The notes below the pieces were generated by a model. It made no database searches. It had not been told where the DNA came from and was given only the letters and a program-made list of their open reading frames with translations. Below are positions 24,386 through 33,673 of a stretch of DNA of 64,000 bases, piece by piece. Every line of letters begins with the position of its first letter. Within the stretch, counting starts at the first letter, position 1. Source of the stretch: a virus (lineage: Duplodnaviria > Caudoviricetes); the IMG/VR virus record IMGVR_UViG_3300005611_000001. One strand, 5' to 3'. The translations under genes were made by a program, and so were the position numbers.

Positions 24386-24586
24386 ATGAACCGTTTAGAA
24401 ATCTTTCAAGAAGTATATGGCAAGGACTATGTGTTTACTGAAACCGAACTAAGCCAGTTACAACAAGTCGCCGAGTTGATTGTGCGAGAGTGTGCTGCTG
24501 TATTGGATAAACGAATTGCGCCACCCAATCATCCCATGAACAGTTTGGGATATGAATTGAAACAACATTTCGGAGTTGAAGCATGA
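24386..24586 (+). CDS. small phage protein (EKFAELIV family paralog)
   Basis: AELIVRECA...KQHFGVE. Confidence 0.6.
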   Translation: MNRLEIFQEVYGKDYVFTETELSQLQQVAELIVRECAAVLDKRIAPPNHPMNSLGYELKQHFGVEA

Positions 24587-24798
24587 GCATTAAAGTAGAT
24601 CAAAGACGAGCAGTATTCGCAAAACTCAAAGACTATTGTATGCATAGTGGCGACCATGACTACATGGAAGTCACTGAGTGGTCGAACGGTGAAGGGTACG
24701 ACATCTGTATTGATCGCAAGAATGGCGGCGAGAAGTTCAGTCTCACTTACGGTGAGTGGGAACTGTTACAAGTGCTGATAAACTATAAGGGTGAGTGA
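24583..24798 (+). CDS. hypothetical protein
   Basis: [15 protein letters not shown]. Confidence 0.6.
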   Translation: MSIKVDQRRAVFAKLKDYCMHSGDHDYMEVTEWSNGEGYDICIDRKNGGEKFSLTYGEWELLQVLINYKGE

Positions 24799-25010
24799 TT
24801 TTAAGTGGAGCTGATATTGTTAAAGTCGGCATTGATCTTGGTGGTGTGTGTGCTGCTCGTATTAAAACTGGCGTGGGATACCCACAACTATCTGCAGTCA
24901 TTGAATGCGCTGATGCTGCGTATGGCCTTAGTGGACACATTATTGCTGACGGTGGTTGTACTTGTCTTGGCGATGTGGCCAAAGCCTTCGGCGCTGGAGA
25001 TGCTAAGGTC
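24795..25010 (+). pseudogene. guaC: degenerate internal fragment of GMP reductase
   Basis: [48 protein letters not shown]; catalytic loop GIGPGSVCTTR mutated, N- and C-terminal parts missing. Confidence 0.75.
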
Positions 25011-25070
25011 CGAGAGTTTTTTGGAGCAGCAAAGCAGGTCGGAAGCAAATTGAGGGAGAGTGATGAACCA

Positions 25071-25244
25071 ATGAATAACGTAGTTCAGTTTCCGATCCAA
25101 GGCGTCAGCACCATCGACGCCTTACGCCACTGCGTTTTATATGCTCGTGAGCATGGGGAGATTGATGTTGTAGCCGGCGCTCATTTGCTAAATGCGCTTG
25201 ACACTGTTGAACAACTGTATCTGTCTCTTACAGAAGGAGAGTGA
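25071..25244 (+). CDS. hypothetical protein
   Basis: Own RBS (GAGGGAG); begins MNNVVQFP; in frame with guaC remnant. Confidence 0.55.
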   Translation: MNNVVQFPIQGVSTIDALRHCVLYAREHGEIDVVAGAHLLNALDTVEQLYLSLTEGE

Positions 25245-25271
25245 GTGATATATACTAAATTCAAAAGTTAT

Positions 25272-25347
25272 GCCGTCATAGCTCAGTAGGTAGAGCGTCT
25301 GATTTGTAATCAGAATGTCCGGGGTTCGATTCCTCGTGACGGCACCA
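25272..25347 (+). tRNA. tRNA-Thr(UGU), second copy with a different body
   Basis: GCCGTCA/TGACGGC, TCTGA-TTTGTAA-TCAGA, TTCGA, CCA. Confidence 0.95.
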
Positions 25348-25364
25348 ATTCCGAGAAGAGTAAC

Positions 25365-25985
25365 ATGATTACAAAAACCAAGTTTCTTTTTATTCTTGTA
25401 GCCATGTATTGTTTTCTCACATGGGCAATAGAACCTAGTGACGGTAAAGTAAATCAACTTCACCCGATGATTCAAAGCCCGACAAAGAGTATTCCTCTGG
25501 AGCAGCCGCTTTCTCCTCCTCTCTCTTCAAGCAAAGCTGCTCCAGAGGAACCTATCTACGAAGAGCGCGAGATCGAATGCCTCGCGCTCAATTCTTATTT
25601 TGAAGCCCGCAATCAATCCCTTGCGGGCCAAATCGCAGTGGCTCAGGTAGTGCTGAATCGTGTACGCAGCAAAGACTATCCCGACACCATCTGTGAAGTG
25701 ATACAGCAAGGTCCTACCTACGAAAACTGGAAAGGCAACATTCTTCCAGTTCGCAATCAGTGTCACTTTTCTTGGTGGTGTGACGGCAAAAGTGACATAC
25801 CGCAAGACGAAGAAACATATCAAAACATTTTAAATCTTGTAACTCAAATTATACAAGACAAGCCTATTGACATTACAGAAGGAAGTCTGTATTATCATGC
25901 AGACTATGTAAAACCTTTCTGGGCACCTACATTAAAAAGAACACTTGTAATCGATAATCATATTTTTTATAAAAACATTCTGTGA
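25365..25985 (+). CDS. cell wall hydrolase, SleB/Hydrolase_2 family, N-terminal anchor
   Basis: CLALNSYFEARNQ...AVAQVVLNR...FSWWCDG...YYHADYV.P.WA...IDNHIFY. Confidence 0.9.
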   Translation: MITKTKFLFILVAMYCFLTWAIEPSDGKVNQLHPMIQSPTKSIPLEQPLSPPLSSSKAAPEEPIYEEREIECLALNSYFEARNQSLAGQIAVAQVVLNRVRSKDYPDTICEVIQQGPTYENWKGNILPVRNQCHFSWWCDGKSDIPQDEETYQNILNLVTQIIQDKPIDITEGSLYYHADYVKPFWAPTLKRTLVIDNHIFYKNIL

Positions 25986-25993
25986 GGTAAACT

Positions 25994-26644
25994 ATGAGTG
26001 AAGTGAATCTAATTGCGCTGAGCAAGCCTAGCGCAATGACGGGTTGCCATACTGCAGAAGAACTGGTCGCGTATGCTGCGCGCGTGAGCAACCCTGGCAA
26101 TCAGAACAATGCAAAGACTGCACCCAAGTTGCTGAAGTATCTGATTCAAAACGAGCATTGGTCGCCTCTTGAGATGGTGCATATTACCATGGAGATCAAG
26201 ACCACACGCGACATCTCACGGCAGGTATTGCGGCACAGGAGTTTTTCCTTTCAAGAGTTTAGTCAGCGCTATGCTGTATCGGAAAACTTCACCACGCGCG
26301 AATCTCGGCTTCAAGACCCTAAGAATCGACAGAACTCCATTGAGACTGACGACAAGCACCTTGCTGAGAAGTGGAATATGCTTCAGCAAAATGTAATCAA
26401 TCATGCTAAAAACGCCTATCAGTGGGCACTGATGAACGGCATTGCCAAAGAGCAAGCACGAGCAGTGTTACCCGAAGGCAACACCGAGACAACTCTGTAC
26501 ATGGCTGGTTCGCTTCGCTCGTGGATTCACTACTGCCAGTTGCGCATGGCAAACGGTACTCAGAAAGAGCATATGGAAGTGGCTCGCAAGTGTTGGGAGA
26601 TTATCGTTGGTCACTTTCCCGCTATCAAAGAGGCTCTAGAATGA
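25994..26644 (+). CDS. thyX: flavin-dependent thymidylate synthase
   Basis: EHWSPLE, RHRSFSFQEFSQRY, ARAVLP, TQKEH. Confidence 0.95.
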   Translation: MSEVNLIALSKPSAMTGCHTAEELVAYAARVSNPGNQNNAKTAPKLLKYLIQNEHWSPLEMVHITMEIKTTRDISRQVLRHRSFSFQEFSQRYAVSENFTTRESRLQDPKNRQNSIETDDKHLAEKWNMLQQNVINHAKNAYQWALMNGIAKEQARAVLPEGNTETTLYMAGSLRSWIHYCQLRMANGTQKEHMEVARKCWEIIVGHFPAIKEALE

Positions 26645-26790
26645 ACGGAAAGAAAGCAAAGTTGTTGCGTAAAGTAGGTAAAGTTGTACGACGAGAAAAA
26701 AAACTGTATAATACGCTGTCGCATCAAGAGAAAGCCATTCTCAGTGAAATTTATGAATCCGTTTTAGAGAAAAACAAGCCGAGCGAATAA
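26641..26790 (+). CDS. 49-aa basic hypothetical protein
   Basis: MNGKKAKLLRK...; coupled on both sides. Confidence 0.55.
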   Translation: MNGKKAKLLRKVGKVVRREKKLYNTLSHQEKAILSEIYESVLEKNKPSE

Positions 26791-27392
26791 TGAATGTATT
26801 TTATTTACATCCTGATCCAGTAGTTTGTGCTGAGCAACACTGCGATAAGCATGTGGTCAAAATGGTTGTTGAGTACGCGCAGCTAATGTCTACTGCCCAT
26901 CGTGTTGCTGACGGGCAGCTATGGTATGGTCGTTCAACTAACGGGCGACGAATCCAAAGATTCTTTCATCCAGACACTGCGATGAATCAAGAATTGTATA
27001 AAGCTTGCCATATAAATCACCCTTCAGCCATATGGGTTCGACACTCTGCAGAGAACTACAATTGGCTTCAAAACTTATGGGTCGCACTTGCAAGCGAATA
27101 CCAGTATAGATATGGTCGCGTTCATGAATCGTTTCACAAGCTTGAGTATTATCTGCTGTTTCCTCCTGCAAACTTGAAGTCGATTGGTTTTACACAACCA
27201 ACTCCTGCTATGGCGCAGTATCCTCATTGCATTGTTGAAGACGATTCATTAACTTCTTATCGACAATTTTACTGGGAAGATAAACGCCCATTTGCAAAGT
27301 GGACTAAACGAGATAAACCTGAATGGTGGAAAGAATATGAGCGGAAAGGGAAGCAAACCGAGACCTTTATCAGTAGATCAGAAGACATTTGA
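26790..27392 (+). CDS. pyrimidine-dimer DNA glycosylase (DenV)-family protein
   Basis: MNVFYL...CAEQHCDKHVVKM..EYAQLMSTAH...HINHPSAIW...EY..RYG. Confidence 0.75.
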   Translation: MNVFYLHPDPVVCAEQHCDKHVVKMVVEYAQLMSTAHRVADGQLWYGRSTNGRRIQRFFHPDTAMNQELYKACHINHPSAIWVRHSAENYNWLQNLWVALASEYQYRYGRVHESFHKLEYYLLFPPANLKSIGFTQPTPAMAQYPHCIVEDDSLTSYRQFYWEDKRPFAKWTKRDKPEWWKEYERKGKQTETFISRSEDI

Positions 27393-27657
27393 CGAGAACT
27401 GGGATCGCATCTTTGGTGTCAATAAGCCAGAGCCTGCGATTGAAGTCAGCAGTTATTGGTCAGACGACAGTCAGATTGAAGCCCTTGTTATGCAAGGCAA
27501 AGATAAGTCTTACTTCGTCGAAATTTATTCTGATGGCAAGTTCGTATCTAAAATAACAAAGGGCATTTATTGCCTTAAAGATGCAGAAGAAATTGCTGAA
27601 AATGCAGCCCATGAAAAATGGTGGCTTGAGGACATTTATGCCGAAGAATACAACTAA
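27337..27657 (+). CDS. hypothetical protein
   Basis: MSGKGSKPRP...FDENWDRIF. Confidence 0.6.
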   Translation: MSGKGSKPRPLSVDQKTFDENWDRIFGVNKPEPAIEVSSYWSDDSQIEALVMQGKDKSYFVEIYSDGKFVSKITKGIYCLKDAEEIAENAAHEKWWLEDIYAEEYN

Positions 27658-28381
27658 GCGAAAGAAGTTCACACCTCGCCCAAAGAAGACTCTGACGCCT
27701 GCGCCTGACTGGAAAAAACTCCAGCAAGCAAAGACTGAAGATGAACAGATTGCTGCTTGGCTAGAATGTGATGCTTTTGTCCATACTGAAGTTACAGACA
27801 AAGAGTATCTTCATTCTACCAAGAAGTGGATTCGCGACATAAGCGGCTGGGGTCTTTATGAGCAAGCGATTCGTATTCCTGACGTATACCTAGCTACGAT
27901 AGGTAAAAACGGCTGGAAAGCGTACAGACTTGGTTTCATGCCTGATCGTGTTAAAGAGCAGTTCAAAAAAGAATTGCTTGACATGATACGAGACGTTGAA
28001 AAACTTCGCGAGTCTATGGTATACGAAGCACCGATCCATCCTTCCTTAAGTGAACTAGAAGATGATCATCATCTTCATCCTTCGAAGGTCAAAGTTTGGC
28101 TAGAAGCGTGGAAAAAATATCTTTCTTCTTTTAAAAAGAATGAAACGGCGACTAGAGAACAGACGATTGCTCAAGTTTATGTTTACAATATGCAGATTTA
28201 TTTGAAGTCTGGTGTCTGGCTAGATTCTCATTATGGAGAGAAAAGAGAAAACAAAATTATGCCTGTATGCTCTTCTTTGGCGTATGATAAATATGGGGTA
28301 GTGAAAAGAAACGTCGGTGTTTACTATCCCGATATTCATAAAATCTGGACAAAGGAGTTAGAATGTCAATCACAGGATTAA
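27638..28381 (+). CDS. hypothetical protein
   Basis: Long ORF in operon directly upstream of gp33. Confidence 0.7.
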   Translation: MPKNTTKRKKFTPRPKKTLTPAPDWKKLQQAKTEDEQIAAWLECDAFVHTEVTDKEYLHSTKKWIRDISGWGLYEQAIRIPDVYLATIGKNGWKAYRLGFMPDRVKEQFKKELLDMIRDVEKLRESMVYEAPIHPSLSELEDDHHLHPSKVKVWLEAWKKYLSSFKKNETATREQTIAQVYVYNMQIYLKSGVWLDSHYGEKRENKIMPVCSSLAYDKYGVVKRNVGVYYPDIHKIWTKELECQSQD

Positions 28382-28596
28382 TGATGACGAAGACCAAGTT
28401 CTCTAAACATATAGAAGAACTGGTCTCTTATAAACAATTTGGTTACATTGATGCCATTTTATATTTCTGTGAGCAGAATAATCTTGATGAGCAAGATATT
28501 AAAAAATACATTTCGGAACCCATTAAAAATAAAATTGAAGTAGAAGCTATGAAACTTAATTTCATTCCAAAAAGAAACGAGTTACCGTTTGAATAA
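28363..28596 (+). CDS. gp33: T4-like late promoter co-activator gp33
   Basis: FS..IEELV....YIDAIL.FCE.NN.....I...IS..IK.KIE.EA..LNF. Confidence 0.85.
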   Translation: MSITGLMMTKTKFSKHIEELVSYKQFGYIDAILYFCEQNNLDEQDIKKYISEPIKNKIEVEAMKLNFIPKRNELPFE

Positions 28597-29126
28597 TGGA
28601 ACTTGGAACTTATGAAAAAAGAATCGTCTTTTCTTGGTCTAGTATTGAAGAACTGAGAAATACTGAATTTCCTTATGAAGATGCTGGTGTTTATGGTAAA
28701 GAAGGCGCTTCCAGTGTCAATCATAAAAGTAGAAAAACTCATATAAAACATCTACCCACAGGTCATCCAATTTATAAAGATATTATGTTAGACACTAGAC
28801 TTTTATATCCAGAATATAGAATTTCACAAATGGATATTCTGTTATATGAAGTAGGCGAGTTTTTCATGAAGCACAAAGATTATAGTAAACATGCCCCTCA
28901 AAGGGAATTAAGTCTTATCACTCTTTTAGATCGATCAGATGATTTAGAAGGAGGAGACTTATTGATATATCATCAGCGCGATGATAAAATACACAGAGGA
29001 AAATCAATTCCTAAGCTAAATATAGGTGAGTCGATAATTTTTAATTCTTCGACTTATCACGAAGTAACCAAAGTTACTCGTGGATGGAGAAAATCTTCGA
29101 TAACTTGGTTGTACAAAGACTCTTGA
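28596..29126 (+). CDS. 2OG-Fe(II) oxygenase
   Basis: Y..G.FF.KHKD, EGGDL, HEVT.VT.G.RKS. Confidence 0.8.
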   Translation: MELGTYEKRIVFSWSSIEELRNTEFPYEDAGVYGKEGASSVNHKSRKTHIKHLPTGHPIYKDIMLDTRLLYPEYRISQMDILLYEVGEFFMKHKDYSKHAPQRELSLITLLDRSDDLEGGDLLIYHQRDDKIHRGKSIPKLNIGESIIFNSSTYHEVTKVTRGWRKSSITWLYKDS

Positions 29127-29151
29127 AATTTAGAGTCTTATTTGTTATACT
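29123..29151 (+). promoter_or_regulatory. sigma70-type promoter of gp32
   Basis: TTGAAA-17-(TGn)TATACT. Confidence 0.65.
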
Positions 29152-29250
29152 ACAAGACTATATTATGCATCAAGTGGACAAAACTAAAATACTCTGAATA
29201 TAAAAAGAAACACAAAGCTATCTTTTGTGTACATACAAGGAAACATACAT

Positions 29251-30156
29251 ATGTCTTTTGCAAATCTCAAGCGTAATCGCAACTCTATCTCCGATCTAGT
29301 ATCTGCTGCAAGCGCAGACAATGGACCCAAAGACACCAAGTCTTACGTTGACGAGCGTCAATGGAAGCCCACTGTCGATAAAGCTGGCAACGGCTATGCT
29401 GTTCTTCGTTTTCTTCCCGCTGCTGAAGGTAATGAACTGCCCTGGGTTCGTTACTGGGATCACGGCTTCAAAGGTCCGACTGGTCAATGGTACATTGAGC
29501 GTTCGCTGACTTCTATCGGTCAACAAGATCCTGTCTCTGAAGCAAACTCTAAGCTTTGGAACAGTGGTAATGAAGATGACAAGAACATTGCTCGCGACCG
29601 CAAGCGTCGTCTGCACTATGTTGCAAATGTTCTTGTCGAGTCTGATCCTGCAAATCCTGCAAACGAAGGCAAAGTTTTTCTTTTCACTTTTGGTAAGAAA
29701 ATCTTTGACAAGATCATGGATGTCATGCAGCCTCAGTTTGCTGACGAAGCACCTGTCAATCCCTTTGACTTCTGGGAAGGTGCGTCTTTCAAGCTGAAGA
29801 TTCGTAATGTCGAAGGTTATCGTAATTACGACAAGTCTGAGTTTGCATCACCTGCGCCTCTTGCTGGTGGTGACGACTCTGAGCTTGAGCAGATTTACGA
29901 GCAACTGCACGATCTGAATGAGTTTACCGATCCTGCAAACTACAAGTCCTATGATGAACTGAAAGCCCGGCTTGCATTGGTGCTCGGTGAGTCTGCTCCT
30001 CGTACAGTTCGTCAAGAAGTGTCGATGGACACTGTGCAAGCACCTGCACCAGTCAAGTCTGCAGAGCCTACTCTACCGCCTGCTACTGATACTGGTGATG
30101 ATATGGAAGAGGAAGATACTCTGTCTTACTTTGCGAAACTCGCTGCTGAAGACTAA
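29251..30156 (+). CDS. gp32: T4-like single-stranded DNA-binding protein
   Basis: DERQWKP..DKAGNGYAVLRFLP, YWDHGFKGPTG.WYIE, GKKIFDKI, NPFDFWEGA.FKLKIR, acidic tail YFAKLA. Confidence 0.97.
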   Translation: MSFANLKRNRNSISDLVSAASADNGPKDTKSYVDERQWKPTVDKAGNGYAVLRFLPAAEGNELPWVRYWDHGFKGPTGQWYIERSLTSIGQQDPVSEANSKLWNSGNEDDKNIARDRKRRLHYVANVLVESDPANPANEGKVFLFTFGKKIFDKIMDVMQPQFADEAPVNPFDFWEGASFKLKIRNVEGYRNYDKSEFASPAPLAGGDDSELEQIYEQLHDLNEFTDPANYKSYDELKARLALVLGESAPRTVRQEVSMDTVQAPAPVKSAEPTLPPATDTGDDMEEEDTLSYFAKLAAED

Positions 30157-30169
30157 ACTGTCTGAAACG

Positions 30170-30196
30170 AAAAGGGCGCTTCGGCGCCCTTTTTTT
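30170..30196. terminator. bidirectional terminator
   Basis: AAAAGGGCGC-TTCG-GCGCCCTTTTTTT between convergent genes. Confidence 0.9.
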
Positions 30197-31526
30197 ATGC
30201 TCCCGCGTAAGCGTCTGCGCGCGTACCGTTTGACTGAGTAGGAGAAGGTAGAGACATATCACCGCCCATCATTGTCTGATTGCTGACGCTTGTAGGTGCG
30301 TTAGTGTTGTTATTGATAACAGTGATGTTACCTACAGAAGCTGCTTGTTCAGCCACATTTCGTTCCATTTGTTCTCTTCTCGCGGCTGCTCGTGTGCGAG
30401 GTCTTCTTATTTGAGCTTGAACTTCTTCGGGCGTAATTGCTGGAGTAGCAGCAATTGGGGTGCCGATGTCTTCAGCAGCAACAGCTGTTGCACCCGGAAC
30501 AGTTGGCGCACCAGCAGTATTAGCAGGAAGTGTTGCAGCCGCAGCAGTAGCAGCTGCGGCTTTTCTTTGACCGCGCCCTGTAATTGTTGCGCTAGCATTT
30601 GGGTCGTAGTCAATTTCAAAGCCAAATGATCGAAGCTTTTCAGCAAAGCCATCAAATCCAAACTTGTCTGCTACCCATGCAATACCATCTTTGATAAGGT
30701 CAAGCGGCATCATGATCAGCCCATTGATCAGACCAATTATTCCGCCTATAGCACCTGAAATTACTTTTTCACCAAAGTTGCCTTCTTTCTCTTGAAACCC
30801 TTTTACCGCACCGTTGACTATATCAACAATACTCAATAAAAATCCTAAAGGAACAAAGAGTCTACCGACTGCTGCACCAAATGCACGAATAGCACCGAAG
30901 AATTTTCCAAACGTTGCGCCTATCTTACTAAAAACACCACCAACGGCTTCTGCACCATCAGTGATTGGTCTAAAAATTTTCGCTAAAGCACCATCTGGAT
31001 CAAAGAAATTTTTTAATGCAGTGAACTTTTCACTTACAAAATTACCAAACTTTGTGAAAGGCTTGACAATATAATCATCGAAGTAAACATACGTTGTCGT
31101 AACAAGGTCATCAAGCATCGTGAAAAGTCTTGAGCCTCTTCCAAATTTAGTCTCTAACATTTCGGAGATTGGTCTGAAAAGATTTGGAATTTTGACTGCT
31201 CTGAAGATTGCTCGTACAGAATCGAAAACACCTTCAACAAATCCTAAAGCAAGTGCAGGCAAAGTAACTAAGCCACCAATAGCCAGCCCACCGAGCCCAC
31301 CGAATGTTGGTGTCGGCGCGGGTCCACCTGCGTCTGGTGCTGCTCCTGGAACAGGCGCTAGAGAAGGTGCAGGTGTAGCAACTGTTTTTATTTCGCGCAT
31401 CATTTCAAGCATGTCTAGCTTGTCTGCGCGGAGCATTGCGAAAAACTCTAAGAAACGATTATCGATTTCGTCTAATCGTAGATTCGTTTCTTCTTGTTCT
31501 TCAATTAAGTCTCTAAGCGTTGCCAT
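30195..31526 (-). CDS. probable tail length determinant / hub protein (gp29-like position)
   Basis: Helical amphipathic low-complexity core, ends NNNTNAPT..N; follows gp26/51. Confidence 0.6.
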   Translation of the reverse strand: MATLRDLIEEQEETNLRLDEIDNRFLEFFAMLRADKLDMLEMMREIKTVATPAPSLAPVPGAAPDAGGPAPTPTFGGLGGLAIGGLVTLPALALGFVEGVFDSVRAIFRAVKIPNLFRPISEMLETKFGRGSRLFTMLDDLVTTTYVYFDDYIVKPFTKFGNFVSEKFTALKNFFDPDGALAKIFRPITDGAEAVGGVFSKIGATFGKFFGAIRAFGAAVGRLFVPLGFLLSIVDIVNGAVKGFQEKEGNFGEKVISGAIGGIIGLINGLIMMPLDLIKDGIAWVADKFGFDGFAEKLRSFGFEIDYDPNASATITGRGQRKAAAATAAAATLPANTAGAPTVPGATAVAAEDIGTPIAATPAITPEEVQAQIRRPRTRAAARREQMERNVAEQAASVGNITVINNNTNAPTSVSNQTMMGGDMSLPSPTQSNGTRADAYAGA

Positions 31527-31704
31527 TGGCTGCCTCTCTCGCTTGTTTTTCTTCTTCTAAAGCCTGCAGTAACAGAATAATGTATATCTCTCGCTCCCAA
31601 ACCATCATGTTTTCTAATTCTGTTAGTGAGTATTTATGATGCCTTTGTAATAAAAAGTTAGTTTTAAAATGATTTGCTAAATCATCATGAGAGAGGCATA
31701 CTAA
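31513..31704 (-). CDS. gp51: gp51-like C-terminal domain, -1 frame, no upstream start codon
   Basis: LVCLSHDDLANHFKTNFLLQRHHKYSLTELENMMVWEREIYIILLLQALEEEK...; abuts T-TTT-TTT slippery run at 31704-31710. Confidence 0.75.
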   Translation of the reverse strand, partial: LVCLSHDDLANHFKTNFLLQRHHKYSLTELENMMVWEREIYIILLLQALEEEKQAREAANGNA

Positions 31705-32393
31705 AAAAAACTTTGAAGACCTTTCAATTCAAGTGTGTTGTGTTCTCCACATTTTTCACAATCAAACCCAATCGTGTGTTTGACTTGTGGCATTTCTAGT
31801 AGAAAAGAAGAGACGCTTTCGAACTGTTCTTTTGTCATAGACTCAAGAAATGCCCGAACATTTTCTGGTGTTTCATCTTCAATGTCAATTCTCTCATCTT
31901 CTGTTATTACCGCACTCAAGCTATTCGCTAGAACATTAAATCCCATTTCATTTTCATCACCATTAAGATCGATATTTCTGTAGCTAGGGTATTTCATTTC
32001 TACGGTGATTTTTTCATCAATATCAATCAATTTGTTTTTTGTACTTTTCGAACATTGTATTTCTTCTAAATTGATTGTATGTTCATTAGCTTCTTGACAA
32101 TGAACGCAATTGAGATTTATCGTAGAAAGTTCTCCTACTGATTTTGATCGCAATTTGATAAAAATATATTCGATGTCAAAAGTTGTTAGACTGTCAATGT
32201 TGACATCTTGTTGAATACAAGATTTAATTGTATCCAGAATGGCGTTGAGCATTTCGGTGCTGTCACGAGTTTCTGCTGCCATCATTAGAATTTTTTCTTC
32301 TTTGACAAGATAAGGTCTGAACTTGATTTTCTTGCCTGTCGAAGGTATTTCTAATTCATATTTTGGTGTGTCATTTAGTGTAGGTAATGCCAT
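31701..32393 (-). CDS. gp26: T4-like baseplate hub assembly protein (gp26 family)
   Basis: MALP....PKYEL.IPSTGKKIKFRP.LVKEEKIL, DIEYIF..LRSKSVGE, CxxC x2, ends GLQSFF. Confidence 0.85.
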   Translation of the reverse strand: MALPTLNDTPKYELEIPSTGKKIKFRPYLVKEEKILMMAAETRDSTEMLNAILDTIKSCIQQDVNIDSLTTFDIEYIFIKLRSKSVGELSTINLNCVHCQEANEHTINLEEIQCSKSTKNKLIDIDEKITVEMKYPSYRNIDLNGDENEMGFNVLANSLSAVITEDERIDIEDETPENVRAFLESMTKEQFESVSSFLLEMPQVKHTIGFDCEKCGEHNTLELKGLQSFF

Positions 32394-32406
32394 GATTTAA
32401 TCTCCA

Positions 32407-33090
32407 TTAAATATTAGCTGCCACTGCTCCCAATACTCCTGCAAGTGCATTTTTAAGTTTGCCTTTGGGTTGTAACTTCTCGCCTTCCCAATATTGATAA
32501 GAAAATTCTATATTGATTTGGCTGATTTCATTTGTTGCACCATCATTAAAAGTCTCATGAGTAACACTTATAGGATAAGCGCGATCAAGAGTCCATTTAT
32601 AATTCTTTTCTAATTGTGTACCAATGTCTAAATCGAAACTTAGATTGATCGGGCCAAGGCTCACATCTTTGTTAAAGATTGGATAACTCACACCTTTTTC
32701 TAATTGATAGATTTCGATTTTTTTACAATAAGTATCTGGGTAAGCTGAGCTATATCTTCCTTCAACATCATCGTATTTACTTAAAGATAGCTCTTGCCAT
32801 ATTTCAAAATACTCTCTTACCGCTTGATTGTTTAAAACGCGGAAATTCATATTTACATTTGGGTTTACAAATCCATACACAACATCTTGCTTGACAACAC
32901 CTAGCTCACGTTGTACACTAGTTAGCTGGCGTGATGGCAATGTAACATTGGTGCATAATACACCATATTCGTAAGAACTTGTTTCTGGCTGTAATGACGG
33001 AAGGTGAACATAGTATAGATTTGTACGAGCAAATCCTCTACCATCGGTCGCGATTGCTTTAAGTTCTTCGACTGTTCCTGATCTAAGCAT
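32407..33090 (-). CDS. gp54: tail tube initiator gp54-like
   Basis: GFARTNLY.V, LC.NV.LPSR, L..AYP.SV, I.FSY..W. Confidence 0.7.
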   Translation of the reverse strand: MLRSGTVEELKAIATDGRGFARTNLYYVHLPSLQPETSSYEYGVLCTNVTLPSRQLTSVQRELGVVKQDVVYGFVNPNVNMNFRVLNNQAVREYFEIWQELSLSKYDDVEGRYSSAYPDTYCKKIEIYQLEKGVSYPIFNKDVSLGPINLSFDLDIGTQLEKNYKWTLDRAYPISVTHETFNDGATNEISQINIEFSYQYWEGEKLQPKGKLKNALAGVLGAVAANI

Positions 33091-33673
33091 TTATTATTCT
33101 CCGTGAATCTTTGTACACTTGACCCATCGTGCCTTTCTGCCACTGAGCAACAGGCAAGAATGTAGCAATCTCCCACTCAGGTGGTGGAATATATGCAAGT
33201 CGACCTTCGACTTGACTAGTCAAGTAATGCTTGAAACAGGGCTTGAAGTATTTAAACTTTGCTGCCCTGTTTAAAAACTCATACGATACTTCGAACTTCG
33301 TCGTCTCATCGTATTTCTTATTATTCGTAATGTCCATTAGCCCGTCAAGAAACTTAGCGCGAAGCGGAATCGGCAGATAATGTACATTCATACCATAGAA
33401 ACCTTTAGGCGCTGGTCCGACTGCGATCACAAGAGGGAATGCGTCCCAGTAAGGCAGTGTCTCGCGATGCTTTGCGTCATAGAAAAACATGTACATCGAA
33501 CCAGAAGCAGAGCGCGCCCTCTTTTGAATCGGGTCTTCATTCATCAACGCGCGACGATTGATGTTACGCATGTTCTGTACTTTACGACGAAACCACTCGC
33601 GTGACTCTTTAGTCCGCGGTGTGATACCAGCACGAAACGCTTCTTGTTCTACTTTCTGAAAAAGATTACTCAT
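33083..33673 (-). CDS. gp2: DNA end protector protein
   Basis: MYMFFYDAKH...YWDAFPLV, GF.GMN.HYLP, PCFKHYL, EW..A.FLP. Confidence 0.9.
   Translation of the reverse strand: MSNLFQKVEQEAFRAGITPRTKESREWFRRKVQNMRNINRRALMNEDPIQKRARSASGSMYMFFYDAKHRETLPYWDAFPLVIAVGPAPKGFYGMNVHYLPIPLRAKFLDGLMDITNNKKYDETTKFEVSYEFLNRAAKFKYFKPCFKHYLTSQVEGRLAYIPPPEWEIATFLPVAQWQKGTMGQVYKDSRRIINA

Noticed and set aside
24795-25244. Functional GMP reductase AMG
   Set aside because: Only an internal fragment with a mutated catalytic loop; the 3' part is a separate gene
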